Shown in pieces: positions 1-7,859 of a DNA stretch of 39,617 nt (position 1 is its first letter; the number at the start of each line of letters is the position of its first letter). The stretch covers positions 1-39,617 of the IMG/VR virus record IMGVR_UViG_2703718858_000001. One strand, 5' to 3'. The notes beneath the pieces are model-generated. The model was not told where the DNA came from, did not search any database, and saw only the letters and a list, made by a program, of their open reading frames with translations. The translations under genes were made by a program, and so were the position numbers. The stretch is from a virus (lineage: Duplodnaviria > Heunggongvirae > Uroviricota > Caudoviricetes).

Positions 1-516
1 ATGAAATTTAAAAAATGTCTTCTGCCTGTGGCAATGTTAGCGTCATTCACTCTGGCAGGATGCCAGTCAAATGCTGACGATCATGCTGCCGATGTTTATC
101 AAACCGATCAACTGAATACCAAACAAGAAACTAAAACCGTTAATATTATTTCCATTCTTCCCGCAAAAGTTGCCGTAGACAACTCCCAAAATAAACGGAA
201 CGCACAAGCCTTCGGCGCGCTTATTGGCGCAGTCGCTGGCGGTGTTATCGGCCACAACGTCGGGTCTGGCAGCAATTCCGGAACGACGGCAGGTGCAGTT
301 GGCGGCGGAGCTGTAGGCGCGGCAGCGGGTTCTATGGTGAATGATAAAACCTTAGTGGAAGGTGTTTCTTTAACCTATAAGGAAGGCACCAAAGTGTATA
401 CCTCTACCCAGGTGGGTAAAGAGTGCCAGTTTACGACAGGTTTAGCCGTTGTTATTACCACGACGTATAACGAAACGCGTATTCAGCCAAATACCAAATG
501 TCCTGAAAAGAGCTAA
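1..516 (+). CDS. Outer-membrane lipoprotein with glycine-zipper region (YcfJ/Rick_17kDa_Anti-like); probably host
   Basis: Lipobox LAGC near N-terminus; Gly-rich GALIGAVAGGVIGHNVGSG segment; lies left of a strong terminator and the phage lysis genes. Confidence 0.6.
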   Translation: MKFKKCLLPVAMLASFTLAGCQSNADDHAADVYQTDQLNTKQETKTVNIISILPAKVAVDNSQNKRNAQAFGALIGAVAGGVIGHNVGSGSNSGTTAGAVGGGAVGAAAGSMVNDKTLVEGVSLTYKEGTKVYTSTQVGKECQFTTGLAVVITTTYNETRIQPNTKCPEKS

Positions 517-531
517 TAATCAGGAGGAGTC

Positions 532-1071
532 ATGAAGAAAGTTTTTCTTTGCGCCATCTTAGCCTCCTTAAGCTATCCGGCTATCGCCTCATCATTGCAG
601 GATCAACTCTCTGCTGTCGCAGAAGCGGAACAGCAAGGTAAAAATGAAGAGCAAAGGCAGCATGACGAATGGGTCGCGGAGCGCAACAGGGAAATCCAGC
701 AAGAGAAGCAACGTCGCGCAAATGCCCAGGCCGCCGCTAACAAAAGAGCGGCAACGGCAGCGGCAAATAAGAAAGCTCGTCAGGATAAACTGGACGCCGA
801 AGCCTCTGCGGACAAAAAACGCGATCAAAGTTATGAAGATGAGCTACGCAGCTTAGAGATTCAGAAACAAAAACTGGCGCTGGCGAAAGAAGAAGCCCGC
901 GTTAAGCGAGAAAACGAATTTATCGATCAGGAACTGAAGCACAAAGCTGCGCAAACCGATGTGGTGCAATCTGAAGCTGACGCCAACAGAAATATGACTG
1001 AAGGCGGTCGCGATCTGATGAAAAGCGTGGGCAAAGCAGAAGAGAACAAATCGGACAGCTGGTTTAATTAA
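532..1071 (+). CDS. Secreted coiled-coil protein of unknown function; probably host
   Basis: Signal peptide MKKVFLCAILASLSYPAIA; charged Ala/Lys/Glu/Gln-rich body; SD AGGAGG 5 nt upstream; followed by terminator. Confidence 0.55.
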   Translation: MKKVFLCAILASLSYPAIASSLQDQLSAVAEAEQQGKNEEQRQHDEWVAERNREIQQEKQRRANAQAAANKRAATAAANKKARQDKLDAEASADKKRDQSYEDELRSLEIQKQKLALAKEEARVKRENEFIDQELKHKAAQTDVVQSEADANRNMTEGGRDLMKSVGKAEENKSDSWFN

Positions 1072-1110
1072 TCGATGTTAGTAACTTCAATCCTATAATT
1101 CTTGAAGATA

Positions 1111-1142
1111 AAAAACCCTCTGTAGTAACAGAGGGTTTTGTT
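1111..1142. terminator. Bidirectional rho-independent terminator
   Basis: 10-bp perfect stem AACCCTCTGT/ACAGAGGGTT with AGTA loop, A-run upstream and T-run downstream. Confidence 0.75.
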
Positions 1143-1288
1143 CATTCATAGTGCAGGGTCAAATCATTCCCACTCAATTATTTACGGACGCCATAACCAA
1201 TTGAGTGATAACACTTTTCTAAAGCTAAATTTTCCTCGTACCGTTTTATATACCGTCACCGGAAATCAGTACCATGAAAAATGCCATG

Positions 1289-1771
1289 CTATCTGGTCAG
1301 GGTGTCGTACTGTTTTTCGCAGACTCTTCCGGCTTCGGCTGCCCGGTCAGCATACTCTGCCAGTTGTCTGTTTCTCTCGAGAGATTTGCTGAGCACGTCG
1401 GCAAGCAAAACTCCGGTGTCTGCGGCTGACGTCCCAGCGCCGACAATGGCGTTATACTGCCTGAGCTGCTCACGGATGGCAAAGAGTTGTTGCTGCAACC
1501 GGCCAGCGCGAGCGGCAGCATCAAGAGCATCATTGCGCGCCTGGTCGATCCTCTGCTGCGCTTCACGTTCATTGATCGATTTCTCCTGTTCGTAGTGCTG
1601 ACGAACTCTCTCATCTTCAGCTTTGCGGTCTTCCTTCGCCTGCGCATACCCGGCGTCGTACTGACGACTGCCGTGTGCATTCCAGGCTACAACTCATGAT
1701 ATGACCAGAACAGCAAGCATCGCCATGATAACCAACTGTTTCCAGTATGCTTTTGCGAATGCCAAGATCAT
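1289..1771 (-). pseudogene. i-spanin (Rz-like) interrupted by in-frame TGA at 1694-1696
   Basis: ATG at 1771 overlaps endolysin stop (ATGA); 25-codon hydrophobic N-terminus [25 protein letters not shown], then TGA, then same-frame coiled-coil periplasmic domain to stop at 1289. Confidence 0.6.
1297..1533 (-). CDS. o-spanin (Rz1-like) lipoprotein embedded in Rz in +1 frame
   Basis: MMLLMLPLALAGCS lipobox, Pro-rich 78 aa, fully nested within Rz reading frame region. Confidence 0.7.
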   Translation of the reverse strand: MMLLMLPLALAGCSNNSLPSVSSSGSITPLSALGRQPQTPEFCLPTCSANLSRETDNWQSMLTGQPKPEESAKNSTTP

Positions 1772-2397
1772 ACCGCCAGCACCTTACTGGCAGTGATGTA
1801 CCGCGCGCGCCGGTCGTCGATGCCGTTCCGGCCACCATTGATAATCAGAGTTACACGTGCAATATCGCCGGTATACTTCATGCATCCTTTGCTGGCGAAG
1901 AACCACGCCGCGCTACGAGCCGCATATTCGTCCTGCGCCAGCAGTTCAGGATTCTCCAGCAGGTCAACCTTCAGACCGTTTCCGCAATCACGATAGTTAT
2001 TCAAACCGGTAATCTGGATAAGTCCGCGACCTCGGTAATTCCATCCATCGCCGGGGGCATTGTTCCCCATGCGTTTGCTGTACACCAGATTGGCAATCGC
2101 TCTCTGGCGCTCAAGTGGCAATGGTGGTTCGCCTGCGCGTCGCCCCAATGCGTTGGCCTGTCCCTGGGTGAGACGCCCAGCCCGAACGAAGTTAGCCAGT
2201 CCGGTGACGCTGTAGTTGAAATTTTCCTGCAACTGGTTGAAGCCCCCAGACTCATGCCCGACTTGAGCAATAAACATTGCCTGCTCTTCTGGTTTGCTGA
2301 TACCAAACTCTCTCATCGCAGAAGTTATATGCGAGAACCAGCGTGCAGCCAGCGCCTCGCTGATACCAGCGGCTCGCTGGAATTGTTTAATCTCCAT
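1768..2397 (-). CDS. Endolysin, glycoside hydrolase family 19-like
   Basis: MEIKQFQ start with GAGG SD; motifs [12 protein letters not shown] and [12 protein letters not shown] typical of GH19 phage lysozymes; ORF-track N-terminal extension rejected. Confidence 0.8.
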   Translation of the reverse strand: MEIKQFQRAAGISEALAARWFSHITSAMREFGISKPEEQAMFIAQVGHESGGFNQLQENFNYSVTGLANFVRAGRLTQGQANALGRRAGEPPLPLERQRAIANLVYSKRMGNNAPGDGWNYRGRGLIQITGLNNYRDCGNGLKVDLLENPELLAQDEYAARSAAWFFASKGCMKYTGDIARVTLIINGGRNGIDDRRARYITASKVLAV

Positions 2398-2695
2398 GTT
2401 TAGACCTCGATACTTTGAAAATTTGAACGACGTTACCGCGCGTTTTAATAACCGCAGCGAGCATGACAGCGTTGATAATGACCTCAGATAAATCCACAGC
2501 CATTGGCGTGCGGAACCAGATTGTATAGGCAACACGAACCGGAATACTGGCCGCAGCAACAATCAGGAAATAAGCAAGCCACCCCCCCCATCTTCGATGT
2601 TGAGATCCGTTACGCCGGAATGTGACAACGCGAATTGCTATGCCAGTACAAATAACTGCATTGGTGATAAGCAAAAAAAACTCATGCGTTACCAT
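2387..2695 (-). CDS. Small membrane protein of lysis cassette (holin partner/antiholin candidate)
   Basis: ATG at 2695 overlaps holin 3' end; two hydrophobic segments; sits between holin and endolysin. Confidence 0.5.
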   Translation of the reverse strand: MVTHEFFLLITNAVICTGIAIRVVTFRRNGSQHRRWGGWLAYFLIVAAASIPVRVAYTIWFRTPMAVDLSEVIINAVMLAAVIKTRGNVVQIFKVSRSKHGD

Positions 2696-3086
2696 CGTCT
2701 TTTCTCCCCGGAATTAACTCGCGTGGATTATCGGAACGGTGATAGAGCCAGATGCCAATTCGTACTGCGACGATTGCTGACACAAATGCGCCAGCAGAGA
2801 AAACAATCCCTTTCTCGAAAGAGTCCTGCGTGATGGTAGGTATCAGGCTGGCTATGCCGATAAGAATTGATGCTGTGGGTTTGTAGAAGAGAAGACCGCA
2901 GAGAAAGCTGAGTAACGCCAGGAGAAAGCGGCGCTTGACAGGATACTCTACTGCAGAGGTAACAAAAATTACCGCCCCGGCCAGCGATCCAAGCGCCACT
3001 TCAGGAGGTACGCCGGCGATGACTGCCGCCAGCGCACCGTAGCTAAGTCCCTGATTTATCGTATCAGCTGTTAGCGATGCGGACAT
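2682..3086 (-). CDS. Holin candidate
   Basis: ATG 3086 with GGTGG SD; multiple TM segments; first gene of lysis cassette. Confidence 0.6.
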   Translation of the reverse strand: MSASLTADTINQGLSYGALAAVIAGVPPEVALGSLAGAVIFVTSAVEYPVKRRFLLALLSFLCGLLFYKPTASILIGIASLIPTITQDSFEKGIVFSAGAFVSAIVAVRIGIWLYHRSDNPRELIPGRKDDGNA

Positions 3087-3175
3087 GATGACCACCGTTT
3101 ACTATGCATGATGAACCTCCTTAGTTGGGTAAGTTCATCATACACAATAAACCGTTTATGGATAAATGGTAATAG

Positions 3176-5338
3176 TTAAGCGCTGAAACCGCCGACTCTA
3201 ACTTTTAGCGTAGAGAGATCAACATTAACAGTTATGTTTAATACACCACTCCCCGCTGAAATAGAGAATAAGCGCCGTCCGCCTGACGTTCCGCCCCCCG
3301 CCGGTGGAGTGGTATCGAGTTCACCTGTGATCGATATTGAAATGGTACCCTCACGGTTAGCAACGAGTAGCTCTAAACATTCAGCCCAGGTGTTTTGTGC
3401 AGAAGACCAAGCATCGATAAGGATTCTCTGCGTCGTTCTGTTTGGTATTGCGATGGATTTGACTTCACCTGTATTTACCAGACCTTGAAAACGAGTTCCG
3501 TAATCTATCCAGCTAATGCTATAACCTGCATTTGCTGCAGGGTCTTGAGAGGTATACCAGGTCTTGGTTCTCACGCCAGTATGACCGATTGTCAGTAGAG
3601 GACGAGCAAATTGATCTCGATGAATGTATGCATTATCTCTGATCCCGTTGCTCTGCAGATCAATATCTGCAGCACGTGGATTAGGGAAAGTCGCTTTTCC
3701 ACCAACATCAAAAACATCATAATGATTTGCAACTGCAGGAATCCATCCGTTCCTGTCCAGATTTCTAAAGAAATCCTCGAAAGCCAGCCAGTATGATTGC
3801 TGATGACCTAAAAGGTTAGGGTGAACAGTCTGTATTTCAGGGGTCCGGTCAAATAATGCCGTTTCACCATATTTAGCAACAGCATCAAACCAGTATTTTT
3901 CCACATCGATAAGCACGCAACCCATTTCTACAGCGATTTTCCTGATCGCATCGTTTCCTCGAAGGAAGCGGACACCTGCTTGAATATTTACCCCATTCCA
4001 CTCAAACGTGACATTTGAGTTTGCGGCAGATGGTATAATGTTATTATCAGAGACTGGGGCCGGAGAAGATGAAGGCCATATTTGAGAAATTCCAGCCGGC
4101 ATGCTCCAGCTATATTCAGAAATATTCGGATGAGGTGTGGTTGTTAGCACAACATCCCCGCCGGCCTCCCTGACTAAATTAATAGCATTTCGAAGGCGCT
4201 GTTTAAATCCGTTTTCATTGAATGTTTGCCCGGCATTATATTGTGCGGTAGGAAAATCATTCATTCCATATATAAACAAAGCAATATCAGGATATATTCC
4301 TTCAGCAACAACTTCAGGCCATTGGTTAACAATAAAATTATTTATCGTTGAACCATTAACAGATTTGTTTGTGAAGTTAATGGGATAAATACGCTGCTTA
4401 TTTAGCGTATCGTTCATATACTCAAAAAATTTAGCAACTGGTGCCTGTGTTGCTGGATCAGGAAGCGTAGCACCAACCCCAACAGAAGAACCAAACCCAT
4501 AGAGTCGAAATAAGTTCTGATAGCCAGAAACCCCATGCCGATAAGCTGTTAATTTATTGACGAAATTTGGGAAAAGGGCCTGTGATGATCCAGACGCAGC
4601 ACGAATAGAAGCCTCTACCGTTCTTCCTGTTTCCGTAGCAACTAAGCCAGCACCGTCTTTTGATGCTAGCTTGATTGCCAAATCTGCCGTTTCAGTTTGC
4701 CCTGCAATCGGAACAGGATCCCCCTGGTCATTGAATCCAATCAGCATATTTGCTCTGGCTCGTACAGATGCCATGATTCCTACCTGACTTTCCGGAACTC
4801 GCAAAGTTCGCTGGAAAAGACCATCTGCATGATGAGTGCTGTCATTGTCTCCCGAGTCCACATAAGATTTTGTTGCTGCATCCTGTGCCTGTGACGGGTC
4901 ACGCAGATTACGAATGCGGTTGTTGAGTGCGTCGTAATAGTTCGCGATGAACGACGGCTTACGCAGCGCCAGGCGGAGAAAGCTGAAGCACTGCTGGATA
5001 AGCATGGTCAGCTTGTCGAACGCATCCTCATGTACCTCTGCGAAAAATTTCCCCTGGTTACGCAGATCAGTCTCCTGGGTAACAGGCAAGTCACGTGAGA
5101 TAGAGATTTGCCATCCGTTGGCCAGAGGTGACATCAACACAATGCTCCCACCTGAATAGCTTCCCGCCCCGGTAACGGAGTAATCGGTATCCAGAGTAAG
5201 TACCGTAATATTTTCGTTAAGGTCAGCAACCTGTACTGTCAGATCTGACTTCTTGAAAATACGAAACTTGTACGGGAAAGATGTGGTAACGCCGTTACCA
5301 GTGTATTCGTTGTGGTCAACTTCGGTTGAGACCGTCAT
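3176..5338 (-). CDS. Tailspike/tail fibre with T7 gp17-like N-terminal adaptor domain and SGNH-hydrolase-like central region
   Basis: N-terminus MTVSTEVDHNEYTGNGVTTSFPY...LDTDY resembles podovirus fibre attachment domain; GFGSS, GMND and HPN motifs resemble SGNH blocks I, III, V; GGAGA SD. Confidence 0.75.
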   Translation of the reverse strand: MTVSTEVDHNEYTGNGVTTSFPYKFRIFKKSDLTVQVADLNENITVLTLDTDYSVTGAGSYSGGSIVLMSPLANGWQISISRDLPVTQETDLRNQGKFFAEVHEDAFDKLTMLIQQCFSFLRLALRKPSFIANYYDALNNRIRNLRDPSQAQDAATKSYVDSGDNDSTHHADGLFQRTLRVPESQVGIMASVRARANMLIGFNDQGDPVPIAGQTETADLAIKLASKDGAGLVATETGRTVEASIRAASGSSQALFPNFVNKLTAYRHGVSGYQNLFRLYGFGSSVGVGATLPDPATQAPVAKFFEYMNDTLNKQRIYPINFTNKSVNGSTINNFIVNQWPEVVAEGIYPDIALFIYGMNDFPTAQYNAGQTFNENGFKQRLRNAINLVREAGGDVVLTTTPHPNISEYSWSMPAGISQIWPSSSPAPVSDNNIIPSAANSNVTFEWNGVNIQAGVRFLRGNDAIRKIAVEMGCVLIDVEKYWFDAVAKYGETALFDRTPEIQTVHPNLLGHQQSYWLAFEDFFRNLDRNGWIPAVANHYDVFDVGGKATFPNPRAADIDLQSNGIRDNAYIHRDQFARPLLTIGHTGVRTKTWYTSQDPAANAGYSISWIDYGTRFQGLVNTGEVKSIAIPNRTTQRILIDAWSSAQNTWAECLELLVANREGTISISITGELDTTPPAGGGTSGGRRLFSISAGSGVLNITVNVDLSTLKVRVGGFSA

Positions 5339-5441
5339 GTTAAATCTCCAGATAGTCGCAGCACCCGTTGCGCCGCATATCTGGTTATTCTATTACCTGA
5401 AAAACCATATATGTATAGAAAGACTATAAATACCAATAGAT

Positions 5442-5458
5442 ATTACCTTTATGGTAAT
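5442..5458. promoter_or_regulatory. 17-bp palindromic operator ATTACC-TTTAT-GGTAAT
   Basis: Perfect inverted repeat; same motif recurs at OL, OR and other promoters in the window. Confidence 0.6.
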
Positions 5459-5496
5459 TTGCAAAACGTGCTGGATAGCAAACAAATTATTTGATA

Positions 5497-5512
5497 CTGT
5501 ATAAATATACAG
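5497..5512 (+). promoter_or_regulatory. LexA (SOS) box CTGTATAAATATACAG
   Basis: CTGT-N8-ACAG with AT-only core; flanks TA...TT extend the 20-mer match; ends 21 bp upstream of ATG 5534. Confidence 0.7.
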
Positions 5513-5533
5513 TTATTGCATGGAGAAGATAAG

Positions 5534-5791
5534 ATGCAGCGGTATCACTATCCACTGGAAGACGGATTTACCGAAAGGATTCACACGCCGGGAGGCGTCA
5601 GGTCACTGGTGGAGGGATCGCACTTGATGAAATTACTCCGGGATCTCGATAAGGATGGATTTAATGTCGATGGCCCACTTGCCGAACTGACTGCACTGAT
5701 TAACTACGTCACCAGCTCACAGATGTCTATGCAGGATCTGCAAACACATCTCGACTATTGTGCCGAACAATTACGAAAACAAACCCGGTAA
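5534..5791 (+). CDS. Small antirepressor-domain protein (paralog of Bro-N antirepressor C-terminus), putatively SOS-regulated
   Basis: ATG 5534 with GGAGAAG SD; 85 aa; aligns with C-terminal ~70 aa of 6940-7650 protein (IH.P.GV..L.E.S.LM.LL..L..DG..V.G..AELT...Y......D.QTH..Y). Confidence 0.6.
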   Translation: MQRYHYPLEDGFTERIHTPGGVRSLVEGSHLMKLLRDLDKDGFNVDGPLAELTALINYVTSSQMSMQDLQTHLDYCAEQLRKQTR

Positions 5792-5797
5792 ATTTAA

Positions 5798-5822
5798 AGG
5801 CCGCAAGAGCGGCCTATCGTTT
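5798..5822. terminator. Hairpin terminator between convergent genes
   Basis: AGGCCGC-AAGA-GCGGCCT stem-loop followed by T-rich tract. Confidence 0.5.
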
Positions 5823-6542
5823 CGCTTTGTGCTCATCCCAGCACGTTTTGCACCATGCCATTAAGCCGTCCGCATTTTGATTATTAGGGTAAAAGCTGGT
5901 TCGTTTTCTGCGGACATTACAAATTGGGCACCACTTCATATGGCGTGTATTCTTTGGGCCATCGAGACACCTTGCACACCACTTAGTCAATCCATCTGGA
6001 TTTTTTGACGATTTCCTGAATTTTTCATATGGAAGGTTTATTCTGCATCGCAAGCACTGCTTGCTACCACTTGAAACTCTGTTAGCTGATTCTTCTTTTG
6101 GCGGCGATACAGAAGGTATTCTTGCTGGCTCTGATACTGCCTGAGGTGCTTTTTTAGATGACTGAGACGATATGTCATCACCAGGGAATCTTCCATGATA
6201 TGCCGGACGCGTTGACACTCCAGGTGGAAGCTCAGCTGTAAACGGCTTTGGCTGAATCAGTTGCCTCTCTTTTGCTAACTCCTGCTGTTTATAATATGTC
6301 TGGATTACCGCACTATCATAAGCAGGAGGTGCGGAAATATCAGGCGCATTACCTCCAGTTTTTTGAAACTGAGTAGAGGTGTGTTCTATCACCTGTGTAC
6401 GATTAATCGTTATCTCCCCATCTTCGGTCTTTATCGTTTTGTTATGATTAACGACCGTACGATCAGAGATCTTAGTCTTGTTCTGGTTGATAACGTAAAT
6501 AATCACCGCAACCACACCAACAACTATCCAGAAAACTTCCAT
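5814..6542 (-). CDS. Membrane-anchored protein with C-terminal tandem zinc-ribbon (CxxC...WCxxC x2)
   Basis: N-terminal TM helix, Pro/Ser-rich linker, two repeats of a DGL-x2-WC-x2-C motif; GAGGAA SD; operator 6562-6578 just upstream. Confidence 0.65.
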   Translation of the reverse strand: MEVFWIVVGVVAVIIYVINQNKTKISDRTVVNHNKTIKTEDGEITINRTQVIEHTSTQFQKTGGNAPDISAPPAYDSAVIQTYYKQQELAKERQLIQPKPFTAELPPGVSTRPAYHGRFPGDDISSQSSKKAPQAVSEPARIPSVSPPKEESANRVSSGSKQCLRCRINLPYEKFRKSSKNPDGLTKWCARCLDGPKNTRHMKWCPICNVRRKRTSFYPNNQNADGLMAWCKTCWDEHKAKR

Positions 6543-6561
6543 TGCTTTTCCTCACAATAAC

Positions 6562-6578
6562 ATTACCTTAAAGGTAAT
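6562..6578. promoter_or_regulatory. Operator ATTACC-TTAAA-GGTAAT
   Basis: Perfect palindrome in divergent promoter region between 5814-6542 and ant. Confidence 0.6.
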
Positions 6579-6654
6579 ATCTTGCTTTCAGGTGATCAAG
6601 CGTTAAACGTAATCAACCAAATGCGGTTGATTTTAATATTTATCCGCGCTTATC

Positions 6655-6671
6655 ATTACCTTTGCGGTAAA
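6655..6671. promoter_or_regulatory. Operator ATTACC-TTTGC-GGTAAA
   Basis: One mismatch from the palindrome; second site of divergent region. Confidence 0.5.
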
Positions 6672-6689
6672 TTTACATCGCACTCCTCT

Positions 6690-6783
6690 TGTGCCATAGT
6701 AATCGGGCACTGGCAAAATCCAGTGCCGGGATTGGCGTCCCGGGTTACTAAGTGGCGCATACCACGCCAGACGTGGTTTTTTT
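6690..6783 (+). ncRNA. Candidate small RNA / structured leader (three stem-loops ending in intrinsic terminator)
   Basis: Consecutive hairpins plus ACCACG-CCAGA-CGTGGT followed by T7 at 6761-6783; contains CTAAGTGG identical to ant SD region and complementary to leader octamer 6849-6856. Confidence 0.3.
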
Positions 6784-6939
6784 ATGCGTTAAGCACAGCT
6801 ATATCCGAATTATGGTGGGCTGGGCAGGGGTCCGAAAGGACACCGGTACCACTTAGGCCGGCACGCCAACCTTGTCCAGTTCACCACCAGTAATTGGCGT
6901 TGCGGTGGTGATTAAAATCACTAAGTGGAGATAACCACC

Positions 6940-7650
6940 ATGGCTAATGCTCAAACTGCCATCTTCAAATTTGAATCTGTTAACCCTATCCGTTCCATCA
7001 TTATCGATGGCCAACCATGGTTTGTAGCCCAAGACGTTTGTAGTGCGCTGCGTATCCAAAACGTCACCCAAGCACTTGAAAAACTGGATGATGATGAAAG
7101 GTCTATGTTCAACATAGGGCATGAACATCGTGCAATTTTTGACAGCCGAGTAAAAGAGATCAACATCATCTCCGAGTCAGGCCTCTACACACTGATCCTC
7201 CGCTGCCGCGACGCAGTGACACCAGGCACTATCCCCTACCGCTTTCGTAAATGGGTTACAGGTGAGGTTCTTCCTCAGATCCGCCGCACCGGAAGTTACA
7301 TTAAAAACTCGCTCCCGCAGGAAGAACGCATAAAGATGGTTGCCGACCAGGTTGCAAACGCCACAGCATCAGCAGTGATGCAGGCGATGAAGATAGAGAA
7401 CAAAACCTACAGTGCCCCGCTGAAGCCCGGCTACCGCAGCCTGATTCATTCGCCGTCTGGTGTTCTCGGCCTGACGGAGAACTCACTGCTGATGAATTTG
7501 CTGAACCAGTTACAGGAAGACGGGCATGACGTATCGGGCGCAGCGGCGGAACTGACCACCATGTTCTGCTACATCGTCGGTGTGAGCAAATGCCTGCGTG
7601 ATATCCAGACGCACGCGGAGTACATCAACGACAAAGCAGGGTTCTTCTGA
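6940..7650 (+). CDS. Antirepressor, Bro-N domain protein with C-terminal domain shared with 5534-5791
   Basis: N-terminus FKFESVNPIRSIIIDGQPWFVAQDV...GLYTLILRCRD...FRKWVTGEVLPQIRRTGSY matches Bro-N pattern; ATG 6940 preferred over GTG 6925. Confidence 0.75.
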   Translation: MANAQTAIFKFESVNPIRSIIIDGQPWFVAQDVCSALRIQNVTQALEKLDDDERSMFNIGHEHRAIFDSRVKEINIISESGLYTLILRCRDAVTPGTIPYRFRKWVTGEVLPQIRRTGSYIKNSLPQEERIKMVADQVANATASAVMQAMKIENKTYSAPLKPGYRSLIHSPSGVLGLTENSLLMNLLNQLQEDGHDVSGAAAELTTMFCYIVGVSKCLRDIQTHAEYINDKAGFF

Positions 7651-7724
7651 CAGGCGGTGGCACAGGGATGTGCCTTTAAATAATTCTGTACAGATTGCAG
7701 GTGAATAGCTTACTATTACCTCAC

Positions 7725-7741
7725 GGGTGATCCATAGCGAT
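7725..7741. promoter_or_regulatory. Degenerate operator ATTACC-TCACG-GGTGAT
   Basis: One mismatch in right half-site; upstream of leader ORF and cargo gene. Confidence 0.35.
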
Positions 7742-7767
7742 TAGGCACCGATACAGGAGGAGCCCAC

Positions 7768-7800
7768 ATGAGAAAATTTGACGAGTACGAAGGCGTTTAA
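7768..7800 (+). CDS. 10-codon leader ORF (MRKFDEYEGV)
   Basis: Very strong SD CAGGAGGAG 5 nt upstream; stop 19 nt before terminator hairpin; attenuator-like arrangement. Confidence 0.3.
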   Translation: MRKFDEYEGV

Positions 7801-7819
7801 CATTCGGATAGTTTAATGA

Positions 7820-7842
7820 CGGGGCCATTAGGCCCCGTTTTC
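7820..7842 (+). terminator. Rho-independent terminator/attenuator
   Basis: CGGGGCC-ATTA-GGCCCCG stem followed by TTTTC; ends 7 nt before GGAG SD of next gene. Confidence 0.65.
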
Positions 7843-7859
7843 ATGTCTGGAGACAATTT

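Noticed and set aside
1747-2403. 218-aa plus-strand ORF antisense to the endolysin, and similar long antisense ORFs inside virion genes (e.g. 15300-15917, 23377-24114, 19002-19691)
   Set aside because: They lie fully within well-supported minus-strand genes, lack RBSs and have low-complexity, stop-poor composition typical of antisense frames.
3100-3125. Strong SD AAGGAGGT with a 12-codon ORF just upstream of the holin start, as a possible dual-start motif
   Set aside because: The holin frame has an in-frame stop immediately upstream of 3095, so the upstream ATG cannot extend the holin; a tiny coupling ORF is possible but unsupported.
6582-6893. 103-aa plus-strand ORF in the antirepressor leader
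   Set aside because: It reads straight through an intrinsic terminator and several stem-loops, has no RBS and an odd composition; the region is better explained as structured RNA.
7689-7704. CTGTACAGATTGCAGG as a LexA box
   Set aside because: The right half is CAGG rather than ACAG at the required spacing; it does not fit CTGT-N8-ACAG.
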